64,000 bases of DNA from Fimbriosthenelais zetlandica (taxonomy: Eukaryota). Positions within the stretch are counted from its first letter, which is position 1, and every line of letters starts with the position of its first letter. The notes beneath the pieces are model-generated. The model worked only from the letters and a program-made list of their open reading frames with translations, made no database searches and was not told where the DNA came from. Positions 27,001-39,000 of the stretch are shown piece after piece. The position numbers were made by a program, and so were the translations under genes. Location of the stretch: contig OZ365112.1 of the NCBI GenBank assembly GCA_977030845.1, positions 15,996,001 through 16,060,000 of the forward strand. The letters are read 5' to 3'.

Positions 27001-30000
27001 ATGAAACTTATTACTAATTTCACCTTTGCGAAGTTTGGACATACTGCTTATGAAAAATTACCCTAATTTAGGATGTGAAATCTATGGAAATCACTCCTTG
27101 TCATTGAGTCAATCAGTGGTTGACATTACCACACCTAGGTGGGGTTACTGGTGCAGTGCCATTGTTACCCTTTACCGTCTCAGTGCAACATTGTGTGTAC
27201 GACTACACACTGACTGGACGCTAATCGTTACATGATGCTTAACCAGCTCTGAACATGCAGGTGTCATTAATGATTAACCTGATGCACTCCTGCTCAATCA
27301 ATCCAACATTATGCCAGAGAGGAAAACACTCTAATGGTCTATAAAGTATAATGGTAATAGACACTTATACATACATATAATAGTACATGTTTACGATGAT
27401 TATCGGTATTAGGTGTGCATTTGAAATTTTAATTTTATCAGTAGATCTATATGACTTTTTACGTTTTGGGATATAGTCCAATAGAATGATAGTAAGATAT
27501 AAACATGACTTTGGTCAACTGACAATATTATAGCTTTGTATGGGGGGTCAGCTTATGAGAACAATGGTTAATGATGTTATCATTGTGTCAATAGGTCGGC
27601 AACTGATAACATGCAAAGTCAAGGTTAGAGTACTAATCAGACCGCGTGTGGAAATTGGGGACAGAGTCTAAAAAACAGACAACGCCATATGTTGAAGCGA
27701 CTTGTGCTACAACTCGGGGAGTGATTACGCCTGTAATTATAGTAATTTCTGACTAGGAATTACAAATTGGACAAGTGTAGTATAAATAGCGTGACATGGG
27801 GAAAAAACAATGTTGACCATTGTGGGTGATGCCTGTGTCTAAGCACTATTTCCATGTACTACTGACAGACAAACCAACGTTAAAACCATGGTAGCAATGT
27901 GTTAAACCCTGGCAGTCAGAAATGACATGGACAGGAAGGTTTAGGAGTGATGAATGGTTTAATATGAGTGTGGGTATATAAGTTAAGGCCTGCTCTATGA
28001 CCTGGAGGGGCGGGCCGAGCCCTGGAGTGGAACCATGGAGCACTCTGAGCAGGGGTAAGGTCCCATAAATTACCCCTTCCTCCAGGCGCCCTCCGCCCGG
28101 CCAATTCTCGTGGGAAATTCTCTCCAAAATGACAATCATCGCCAACTTATGGTATTGTCGTACCACCGTGCGGTGCCAATTTTCCCACCCGTGGCTTTCG
28201 GTTTTATTGCCTTGCTAGTTTGTATTGCGCTCTAAAAGCCCTTTTGAAAAAAGGTATCAAAAGGGCCTGGAGCTGTATTCAGAAACATCTGCTTCAGTCG
28301 GAGGGGAAGGTTTGCTGGTGCGGAACCTACATGCTGTAGGGTGGTTTGTTGATTGGATAAGTGTTACTGGTGTTACAATATGGCGGAGAGCCATCACAGA
28401 CATTCTTGCATACAGTACTGTAATACAGTTTCTTTCTATACGGGGGAAATAATATCAAGAAAAAATAACCTCAACAAAAATAACTCACTTACTATGACTG
28501 CGTACATAAATCTTGTACCCAAAAACTAGTAATATTTTTGCGTTCTTCCACGTAGAGAAACACACACTTACTTATGGAAGCTCATCAATTCTTCACGGCT
28601 TTGCACTGGTTCCTGTCCAACTCAAAACGAGCTAATGTTTATTTGATTACTTGTCTTTGAATTGCACATGGGTTTTTATGATAAATTTTAGAAAAAAAGA
28701 TTAATAACTTGGGCTTCATATTTTGTTCCCTTTCTCCCCTTGGTCTGATGGCCGCTGGGATCCTGGCCTAGTTCAAGTGAAGCGTGGAAGTCATTACACG
28801 ATTCCCTGACCAAGCATGAGTCGGGGCCGTCTAATTAATCTTTAATTGGAAGCGGGACTTGGACAGGTAATTTCCTAAAGAAAAAACAGGAAATTCTATG
28901 AACACGTGTAATATCAAGTCTATAGCCACATGAACGTTTGTCCTACATGGCCTATATCCAGGAAATGGATCGTTCTGCTACAAGCCACACTGATCGTTTA
29001 ACTATACTCTGTTGGCATTTTATTCATAAAAAGCCTCAATTACAGGGATGCATCTGAGCTTTATGAGGCCGGGACATTGCCATGACCAGCTGATAAGGTG
29101 ATAAATGATAGTATTTGACTTTGCTATCTGTGTGAACTCTACCACTGCATGCCATGTCCGAACAGCAACAGCAGCACCACAACCTATGCAGTGGTGGTGA
29201 AATAGTGGTGCTGGTGTTTGGGGATGGTGGTACTGGTGGTGGTCGCAGCACCATTTCCTCCATATTGCCATGTGATTCATACAACACATGGCAATGTATA
29301 GATACCTGATATATAAAGCCAAATATCATGCAGTTGAAGTCTGGAAAGGTCAGTTACCTGAATGTCCCATACCAGATGGAGAGACCTGAAATACATGGAT
29401 TATTAATTCCAGATTTCTTCCTATATATATGATGAATTTCTACTGACTTTTATTGTCAGTAGAAATTGTCAGTGACAATTCATATATGGATCGAATACTC
29501 AGTTTGAGGACGTGTATATAGGCATCAGAGTATATCGAGTGGACAGCAGGGAGTGGGTCGGAGTAGGGGTTGCTTGTCGCATTCTGCAATTGGACGCGAG
29601 GTGATAAAGGGTTATTTTTGAAACCCTTCTGCCTTGAGAGTCATTCCACCCCTTTCCCCCATCTCACTCCACCCCCAGCATCAGGAACCCTCATCAGTGA
29701 AGGGAGGGGAGAGGGAGGGGGGTTGGGAGAATAGGCCCCGCCCACCACACCGCCCTGTGGTGGTGGTTGTGTGAGGCTGGATGGTGGTGGTGGAGGGGGG
29801 TGATGGAGGGTGCCAGTCAGTCAGTCCGCCGCGTTAGCCACCAGACCGTAGACATGCCTTGCTGCCATTGCCTCGTGCTGCCGGACTCAGACCAACGAGC
29901 GTGAAAACTACTCCCACTACAACAGCTCTCACACCCCACTGGTGCTGGACTAGAAATCCCTCCATCCAAACACTGCATCATCTTCCTCCCACTTCTATCA

Positions 30001-33000
30001 TCTCCTCTACCTACCATCACCACCACCAGCCGCTGGCTTTCTTCCTCTTGTTGTTAAGGGCACCTGCTGTGTAGCCACTGTCTTCTCCAGTGCACGGCGA
30101 CCCCCTGGAGGATAAACCCCAGAAATGTACGACCCATCAAGGTAGGACCTTCAGAACAGAAGAAACCCCCGAACTCTTGATCAGGGTACTGTAGGGCCCT
30201 AAAGCCCTCAGGACGGGTCAGTGACCTTTGATTGTATAACGCACTAAAACGTACCACTCCAAACCTCCAGGGTGTTCTTCTAGTAACACGTTTAACAGGA
30301 GGAGGAAAGACTTTGTTTCTTCCTGATATCTACTGTTCCTCCACGGCCGTCAATATGATGACCAGTTTGGCTCACCACCCTGCCCACCAGTACGCCGGGA
30401 TGGGAGGGGGTGCGGGCGGGCCCGTGTCCTCCATGGGACCCGGGCCGGGACCCTGGAGTCACCCGGGAGGAGGACCGGGAGGAGGGCCTCATCATCCCGG
30501 CGTCCATCACCCCGACCCGGCAATGGACTTGACCACTTCATACAGATATCATCACAACAGGACTATGATGGAATATTTTCATTCATGTAAGAGTAAGTAA
30601 TGTACCTCTATGTAGCGGTTAGTCAGCCCCTTTGGTTCCAATACCCACCCGCATGCAAGATCTTCAGATTTTCAATTTGCCTGCCATAGTAATTCCCCTT
30701 TTTGTGAAACAGATTTATATTTCATTACAATCTGAAAATTATTTCGTTTGGTTTGATAAACCATAAATCGCCTATAAATAGATCTCGGGGAGTCGCCTAC
30801 CTACACGCTGCATGTCAAGGCCTTGTGAAATGAAAATTATGAAAAGTAATTATTAATCTGATAGAGCAATGTCCTTTCCTTTGTGGGGGTGAGTGTGGTA
30901 TAAATAGAATACTATGCACTATGGTAGAGTATTGGGTCGCTCCCGGCCGTGCATTATTTCCATGGTAACCATGTATTATGCAGGGGTTGTTTTGATACGC
31001 GACCTTACTTTATCGGCCGTCACCAGCGCCCGCCATGACCATAACTTACCTGCTGAACCCAGCTCCATATTAGAGAAGTATACTGCTTCCTCTGTCTTAT
31101 AATCTCCACTGAGCTCACACTTCCTGCTACAATCATAGACGCGAAAAGCCCTTTTGTTACTTTCCAAAGGTCCTTATATGATGTAGAGGACCTTTGTGAA
31201 TGGGGACACCTCACAGGAGGAGAGAAGTGACCGTAGTGTTACTCATATCCCCTGTAATAAGTCACCCCTCCCCACCCCGCGCTAACACCTCCCCACCACA
31301 AACACCAACCAATTTCCTCCACTCTCTGCCTCCTGGGCGTCCACTGGAGCAATCCTCTGAAGACAATTACCAGTGGGGCCTTGTGGATCTAACGCAATCA
31401 TCTAGTGATGGTGGACCTCCCACTGACCTAGGCGTTTGCCTGTGTATCTGCTGGGTGAAACAACTGGAGGCGCCGGGAGCCTGGCTTTTAAGTTATTTAG
31501 AGGTGGGCGAGGTGAGGGCTAACTAGATTTCCTCGTGGGGAATATGAAGGGCCTGCACCCGCCTCCGCCACCATACGTTGCTGGGGTCTCCTGGAGGAGG
31601 AAGATCTGGCTGTTTGTGGTGTTTGTATATATACCTTCCCTTACAGCGGACATACATAGAGCATTGGTTTTATTTGCTTGCCATGTGCTGACTATTTTAT
31701 ACATTGAAAACAGTTCTTGGAACGAGAACTGACTTGCCACTTTCTGAGGAGAATAAGTAACCATTTAAAATGAGTTCAAACGCGACCGAACGGAGGACAG
31801 AGTTGGGCGGTCATTATTTTTCCGACGTTCAACAAATCTTGACGTTCATTTCGAAGTTAGGTATGTATGCCATTTGTATCTGCGAACGTGACAAGATAAC
31901 TATTAATATGTTGTCTGGTAATCTGGAATGTACCAGGGTCTGAGAACGAATCGCCTGGGATTGCACCGCTAGGTGACAGTCGCGCTACATCTGGACGGTG
32001 TAACGCTATTTGCCAAAAGCCGCTACTGTGAGTAGTATAGAATCTGTTCATTTTCTCAGGTTCTCTTTACGAATATCTTTTGAATTGTCAGAGAAATTTG
32101 TATATATAAAATGTTGAGGTTTAGCCATTTGATAGCAGAATCGGCTTAATGTGCTCATATCCCTGTTAATCCATATTTGGGTCAAGTCTCGTTGGGATTA
32201 GTGGTTCTCGCGGAACCATGGATTAGCTGAGGTGGTTTCCTCTGGGATGATGGTCTCTGTAGCCTGTAATACATCCTGTATCCTCCTCATCCTGTGTGAA
32301 GATCCAGTCTTTACGGCTGCTCTGTGTTTTACATGCTGGTCACGGACCCTCTCTTTGCCCCTCATCAGGTCCCACGAGTCTATCTCCTTAATATTTATTT
32401 TTCTTTTTTTCGATCGCCTTTTCAATTGTCTCTCTTGTTGGCTCAACTGCTCTTCTCTTCCATTTCTGTATCGTATACATGCTTGTCTTCTCATCTTGCT
32501 GCTCTTCCTCCATCTCCCGTCTCCATCACCTCCTTTCACCCCTATTCCTGCCCCCGGCTCATGTCCCGCGTCCCTCCAGGGATGCTCCAGGCTTTGATCC
32601 TGCCTGGAGGTCCGCCTGGAGGACACCTGATACAGCCTGCCTGTCAGGCTGACCTACTTACACACATCCAGCTGATCTCCCGCTCTCCAGCCAGGTATAA
32701 TCCGTATATACCATCTTGCTCACCACTTCTATAGAGCTATTTTCCAACCCATATATCTCTCAGTACACACACGTACCCTAATCATATTTATTGGGCTCTC
32801 CCATTGCACTCGGCTGCTGCCGGGAGACCCAAATCTCCAGTCATGTGGAGGTGCTATGATCATATGATCATTAAATGGCTAGTTGGTCATAGCCTTCATC
32901 TCTCCATCTCTCTCCCCTACATCTATATACCCCCTCCCTGCCCTGCTTCGCACCCTGCCAGCCTCCCCCCGCCTGCCGCCCAGGCTGCCCGTCCGCCCGC

Positions 33001-36000
33001 GTCATCGCCCCACTGGACTGAAATCATGTGCGTTCTTCCAGTTGGTCATGCTCGTGTTGTTAAACATGGTGTTTTTGTCAGCCCAGACTCTAATAAGCTG
33101 CTCCAGTATTATACGACCTGGAACACTGACTCGGTCACTGCTAGTTCTAGATGCTATATCTGTATACACTGAAGGATAGAGTGACTAATGTCTTATTTCC
33201 TGATTTTTGATTATACGTTAAATGGTTAAACATGTACATTTTATCAGCATAAAAATCCCTCCCGTGCCAAATCTTCCCATGCCATTACCTTAGATTGTTC
33301 ATTGGCCATTTATTATAAAAGCCGGCATGTGAAATAACATTTAGAAATCGTTAAAGCTTAAATAGACCTGAGCTATAGATCTTGATTAAAGGTGCTTGGC
33401 TCAAGGTCATAAGGGCAGGTTTGTGGTGTGATCCTATGATATATGTATAGACTCTGTCAGAGGTTTATAACTATAGAGCTATAAGCTCTCTAAGATATGA
33501 GTTGTTCTCATGCGCTGACGCTTCACATGTTTTAAAGGTCCTTGTGACGACCAAGCCCACACAGAGGCGGGCATAACTCATCATGTCAATGTGTGCATGT
33601 CTGTATTATACACCACTGTTGTGACAGATACAATACAAGCCTATAACAGCATATGGGATCACTCCTCGACTTTAATTATTAAAGCTCATCATTCATAAAC
33701 AGTTGGGCTCTCTATTCCACCCACCCCTGGCACTGTGGTAGAACCCATGTATACCCATATGGCTGGCCAGATTGTCCCGTGTGACTATGACAATGTTATC
33801 TTAATAATGTCGACATGCTCTGCTGATTACCATTCGTGATTGGATCCATGAGAACTTTAAGGATTCCAGGACCCCCTCCTCGGACTCACCAGAGAAGTCC
33901 AATAAATATGGTGATAATATATTATGTATTGGCCATATATACATAATTTAATCATGTATATAATAATAGGTAATTAATCTTTTGCCTGCAATGTTATACA
34001 TGTACATTAAAAATAGAATTACAGTTGGAATTGCCTCAAATATTCCAGGCAAATTGTACCATGGTTTGGGGTGGGTGCTTGTTGCTAATAATATGAGTCA
34101 AACAAAGAATATATATTTTGTCATATAATAAGACCCTGGTAGTTGTCACCCACCGCCAATATACCTTGAATTATCTCTCTTATATTGCCCCTAATGGCAA
34201 CATAAGAGGTCCCGTTTTCTCTCAGCTATCATCATCTCCCCGGCACCCACCCCCTCTCCTTCTACCTTAGCGTAGACCAACCCTGTGGTCCTTCATTGAC
34301 ACCAGTAGACTCACATTGAGTGGGGAGGTATAGTTCGCAGCGCATCAGTTAACAGCCTAATTGCTCTGGCCGTGTTGCCTGCAACAAACCAACCAAGACG
34401 ACTTGGCGAAGTCCCTGTGTTAAAGTTGCATTCAGTGCTTGGCCAGCCAACAGAGAGAAAGTCAGTACACAGTACCTCCCCAGAGAGCTAGCGAGCAAAA
34501 GCTGGGCGCGCATGGTTTGCTATCACTTTAGATATCACTGGGAGTTTAGTTGAGGCCAAATTCCATTCATCCACCACTGGACGGGAAAGGGTTAACAAAA
34601 CAGAAGTCAAGTAGCATAATAGATTCACGTGAATTGTTGTTACCTGATACCCGCCGAGAACTTTGAGTTGATGGAGTTGGATCTTTACTGAAGACATCTA
34701 GTCGCTGAATCTTCCCTGGCGAAGATTTAAAGAAATATTCATCAGAAAATGAGTTGGATTTCTCTAAATTTTGACATGGGTATTCTTATGAGATTTTTAT
34801 CTTGATATCCATCCGGACATTTAAAAAACACTATTTATCACATAATTATTTCCATCCTGTATTTGGAGGAAATGAATTAAAGCTGGATTTACACGAAAAG
34901 CAAGGAAAGGACACTTAACGCGCCCACGGTGAGAGAGGCCGCGCGCGGCACTTAAAGTTTGCCCGATGTTCGGCGGACAGGTCCCGCCGGCACCAGCAAG
35001 CATGTGGTCCGTGTCCACGACCGACCGCTACTATGGGTCTGGGGACGGCAGAGGTGGGTGACGCGTTCACTTATAATATTTTTTATATTAGTAGATCTAA
35101 GGCATAATAATATATCTATTTCGCAAATGCACTGGGATGAAATTTCCTGCATTTATTGGAAACATTTTCCGCACCTCGAGGTATGAATATAGTGGAAAAA
35201 GTCCATGGAAATTCAAGAAATTGCATGTGCATTATCAGTGAGCATCATAAACTCTCTTTTTCAGGCTAATATTAATTGATACAATCCCTTGCGTGCATAT
35301 ATTGTGCCAAGTTGCCCAATAAGCAAAGTTATTCAATTTCCTCACGAATTTGATAACTGATGGTTTCTCTATACATGGCATGCCAATGGCTATTGTAAAG
35401 CCTCACATTTTGTTCATGTCACTTTTTATGTCCCTTTCCATACACATGTGCCGTGATTTGGCAGGAGGCTATAGCGTGGACATGGTTGTGATTGGTTTTA
35501 GCATTATCCGCCTACATGGGGGTAATTGTAAGCGGGCACGCAATGACATAGCTCCCCTCAAATACCAAGGATATTCCTCCAAACCAAGACACGCACTCCG
35601 CATATTAAAACCCTCTATTTTTCTCCCAGCTTGACTTCCTCTCCTTTTTGTTGGCACTGGAATAATTGGCAAACAGCAGGACAAACAGACACATGACATA
35701 ATGGTGCTTACTCCTGCGCACCGTATGGATGCTGTGACGAGATGAAATTTGTATAGAAAGCGATTAGTATGATAGTTATTGATGAGGTCAAATCGCTGGT
35801 GATATTTTGTTGGGCGGTTGAAGAGAGGGAGGCACCATGGAAGCTTTTGTGATGAGATATGAAAAGGCTGGAGGTTATACCATGTATAGGGATGTAACTA
35901 GTTAGGGGTTAGAAGCTCGAGGGGTCGGATGACCTGTGGCCTGTTTTTAGGAGTCAGGTTGAGGTCAATCGTTCGAGTCAGCCTCAAATTGTTCTGTGGT

Positions 36001-39000
36001 TGAACCATTAGATGGTGGCGGACCCATACCCCGGGGTCCTTCTACCCCACCCTAGTCACGAGACCATCATTATTATTCCACCCTTAACTATTCACTTGAA
36101 GAATACACACCCAATCCTACCTACATTTAAACGCCCTTAACTTACTTGATCTGCACCAACGCACCTTCACGATTCCTCCCACTATCCATATCATAGAAAC
36201 TCACTCCGCCAGCGTCGCTCCTATTTTTTACCTGCTTTTTGTTTGCCTGATGGGCGTGTGCCTCTTATAATAAACCCTGAGAAAGATACACCCGCCCAAT
36301 AACGCCCTGTTATTCCCATTATCTACTCACTATATCCTTCTTGAATCAAGTTCTTCCACTTGGCGCCATTCCCCATCCAAATGTCGTCTGCTCCTACAAA
36401 TTGGTTAATGAAATTGGAATAAATTAGCAAGCCATTAAACTTTAGGTGGAGTGTTAAAAGTTTCCATCTTGATGTGTATAAGGGATATATTATTCCGTCC
36501 TCCATTTGATTCTGTTTTCATTTTGCCCTCATTATTCATCGGCCGCCATATTTGCTTTTAAGGCAGCCTTTGGGAGGAGTTGGAACTAGAAAGAACGGTA
36601 ATTATATTACTCTGAGAGCGCTTCCAACAATTAATCTAAGCCAATCAAGCCTTGTTTGGGACGTCCGAGGCACTCGATAATCCACCCATCAAACGACAGT
36701 TGTTTTAATTCAATAACCTCTCATTAAAACCCCCTCCTGGAAATGCCAGAGGGTCTGTGCGAACCTCGAGTGGTTCGAGTATTCTCAAGCCCCTGCATGG
36801 AGAGAGAATGTGTTCCCTTTTCATTTTCGAGTGTGGGAGTGAAGAACAAGCATATTTAGCCGGGTGCTGGGTGACAAGGGTGTCGGGCGCGTGCCATGTG
36901 TGCCTTCATGGTGGGGAATGTCAAATGTCAGTGAGTGCCATTGTCATCCTATACTCTCTCACTGCTTGTTGGTACTGAAGTTGTGGTGATAGGGTCGAGC
37001 ACCCAATGAAAACCAACCAAAAAGTATCTAAGCCAGAAATGACACATACAGGGAAAAAGGGCAACAGGGATGAGGTCCCGCGTCCTAATCGCTCCCAGAA
37101 GTTTGCGTCATTTCAGATTCAAGCCTGGCATCTGCTATTGCTATATCTACATGACATGTTCAACTCTAGACTTGAACACATGATAATTCTGACTAAAAAA
37201 AGGCAAATTGTTTAAAGAACGACCGTTATTATTTTGTGGGGCAATTGGAGCGGATATAGGTTTTTAAAATCCCATTGAACTGATTTTCATGTCTGACGCG
37301 ATTAAAAATTAGTGTTTGAATTTGAATTGGGACGAGGAAATTTGTGCTTCATTTCACTCTGGGATCTGATGTGGGGACTGATTGGGGAGGATGGAGGGGG
37401 CTGGGAGGCTGTGAGAGATATAGAAGCAGGTTGGTGGTGGGCGCTCGGCGGGCCGCCCCGTCTACACCTGCCGGGGGAGGAGGCTGGTGATGGGAGGAGG
37501 AGCAGGAGGAGGGCGGCCAACTCCCCGGGCGTGGGTCTGCAACGGCGAGATAAGCCCAACAAGCGGCCGGGGAACAGTGGGCCCGGAGATCCAAGCAGAG
37601 ATCCCGAACCGATGACAGTGGAAGGCCCCAGCCTCTAGCCTCCCAACCACCTCACTGGCTTTTGTGAGTTTTTGTCTGAAACCCAGACCCCCCTTGGGGG
37701 TGTGTGATGATGGGTGTTGATCTATCCCCACCCCCCTCCCACCCACCCTATCCCAGCACCAGTATCACCATCAGGGATACTATCTCACAACCAGAGCTCC
37801 ATATTAAATCACCAGCCTCGGCTATTATTATAAGAGAGTCTACCTGACCCAGATCTACTCCTGCTACATCCCCATCACATTATACACCAGCTGAAACAGG
37901 GCGCGCCCGACCCGAGTAGAAAGAGAGAGAAAGGTGTGGAATGATGCATTACCATTCATTCAAACACTCATTCCATCCACGACCTCACCGCGCGTCAGAG
38001 CCTCCAACCATCCCATAGATGCATGGAAATCAATAACCCTCATAGTGGAACACTAGCAATGGGACTAAAATTGCCACTATTTATTACACAGCACACCCAT
38101 TTGAATCCTTTTTTTCTACAATCCCAAAATGGCTGCCCTTTTCCAAAATGTTACACAACTGAATGCTTTCGAAGATTCATCGTCGATAAAAAATTTAAAT
38201 CCCATTGACTGTTCCTTTATACATTTCCACATACCATGTGCAAATTATTTGGTTATCGCTCTAATATTTAACGCCAGAATTGGTTTGTATACAAAGTACG
38301 TATCCATCCTTTCATATCTGTGTCTGGCCGAGGACGCAACCCTTAAATACCAAAGGATTTGCTCCGGCTACCCTAAATTACCCATGCCGCTATGTTTATA
38401 CATGGTCTGACGGATTCCTTTGATAGGAGACACCGTGAACCAAAATAGAGTCTATATATTCGTTGCGACTGCATACTGTGTTGGCAACTGAGTATCTCTG
38501 CCGTTTTCCTTCTATATTGCACCTTTTGCCATTGCAGACCGCAGGTGACATTCCGGGTCTTTGTGATGGCCACTTGGTCCAGATTGATAGCGTTTTACAC
38601 CCCACCGTTTCCACCTGCTAAACTCCTGGTGTCCAACACCTTTGGGTATTTGGGTGGGATGGGCATTAGGGGCGGAGGAACGACTGGGGATTTTATGGCT
38701 CACGCCAGCAAACGACCTCCTCCCCAACCTCTGCCCTTCACCTGTCTATCTCGACTTGTCCTATTATTTATTATTTTTTAAAGCATAATACAAATATCCC
38801 TTTTCCCGTTTTCCTTATTTCCTTAATGACTAGAAAATATATGCCATTTTCAAGTGACTGATGTCTATCACTAATAGTATCCTTTGTGAGGATGGAAGTA
38901 AAGGGAAGAGCAATCGCAGAATGCCCAGAAGCTGAGGCAAGTCTACAATTGATATAAACCACCAGGACCCCTTATTTGAAAAGTCAGAACAACCCCTACT

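Noticed and set aside
29435-29444. AATTTCTACT resembles the start of a Cas12a CRISPR repeat
   Set aside because: Single copy, no repeat-spacer array, animal intronic context; coincidental.
33385-33434. Degenerate tRNA-SINE-like A box (TGGCTCAAGG) and B box (GTGTGATCC)
   Set aside because: The B box is poor, there is no cloverleaf and no second copy; it cannot be supported without a repeat library.
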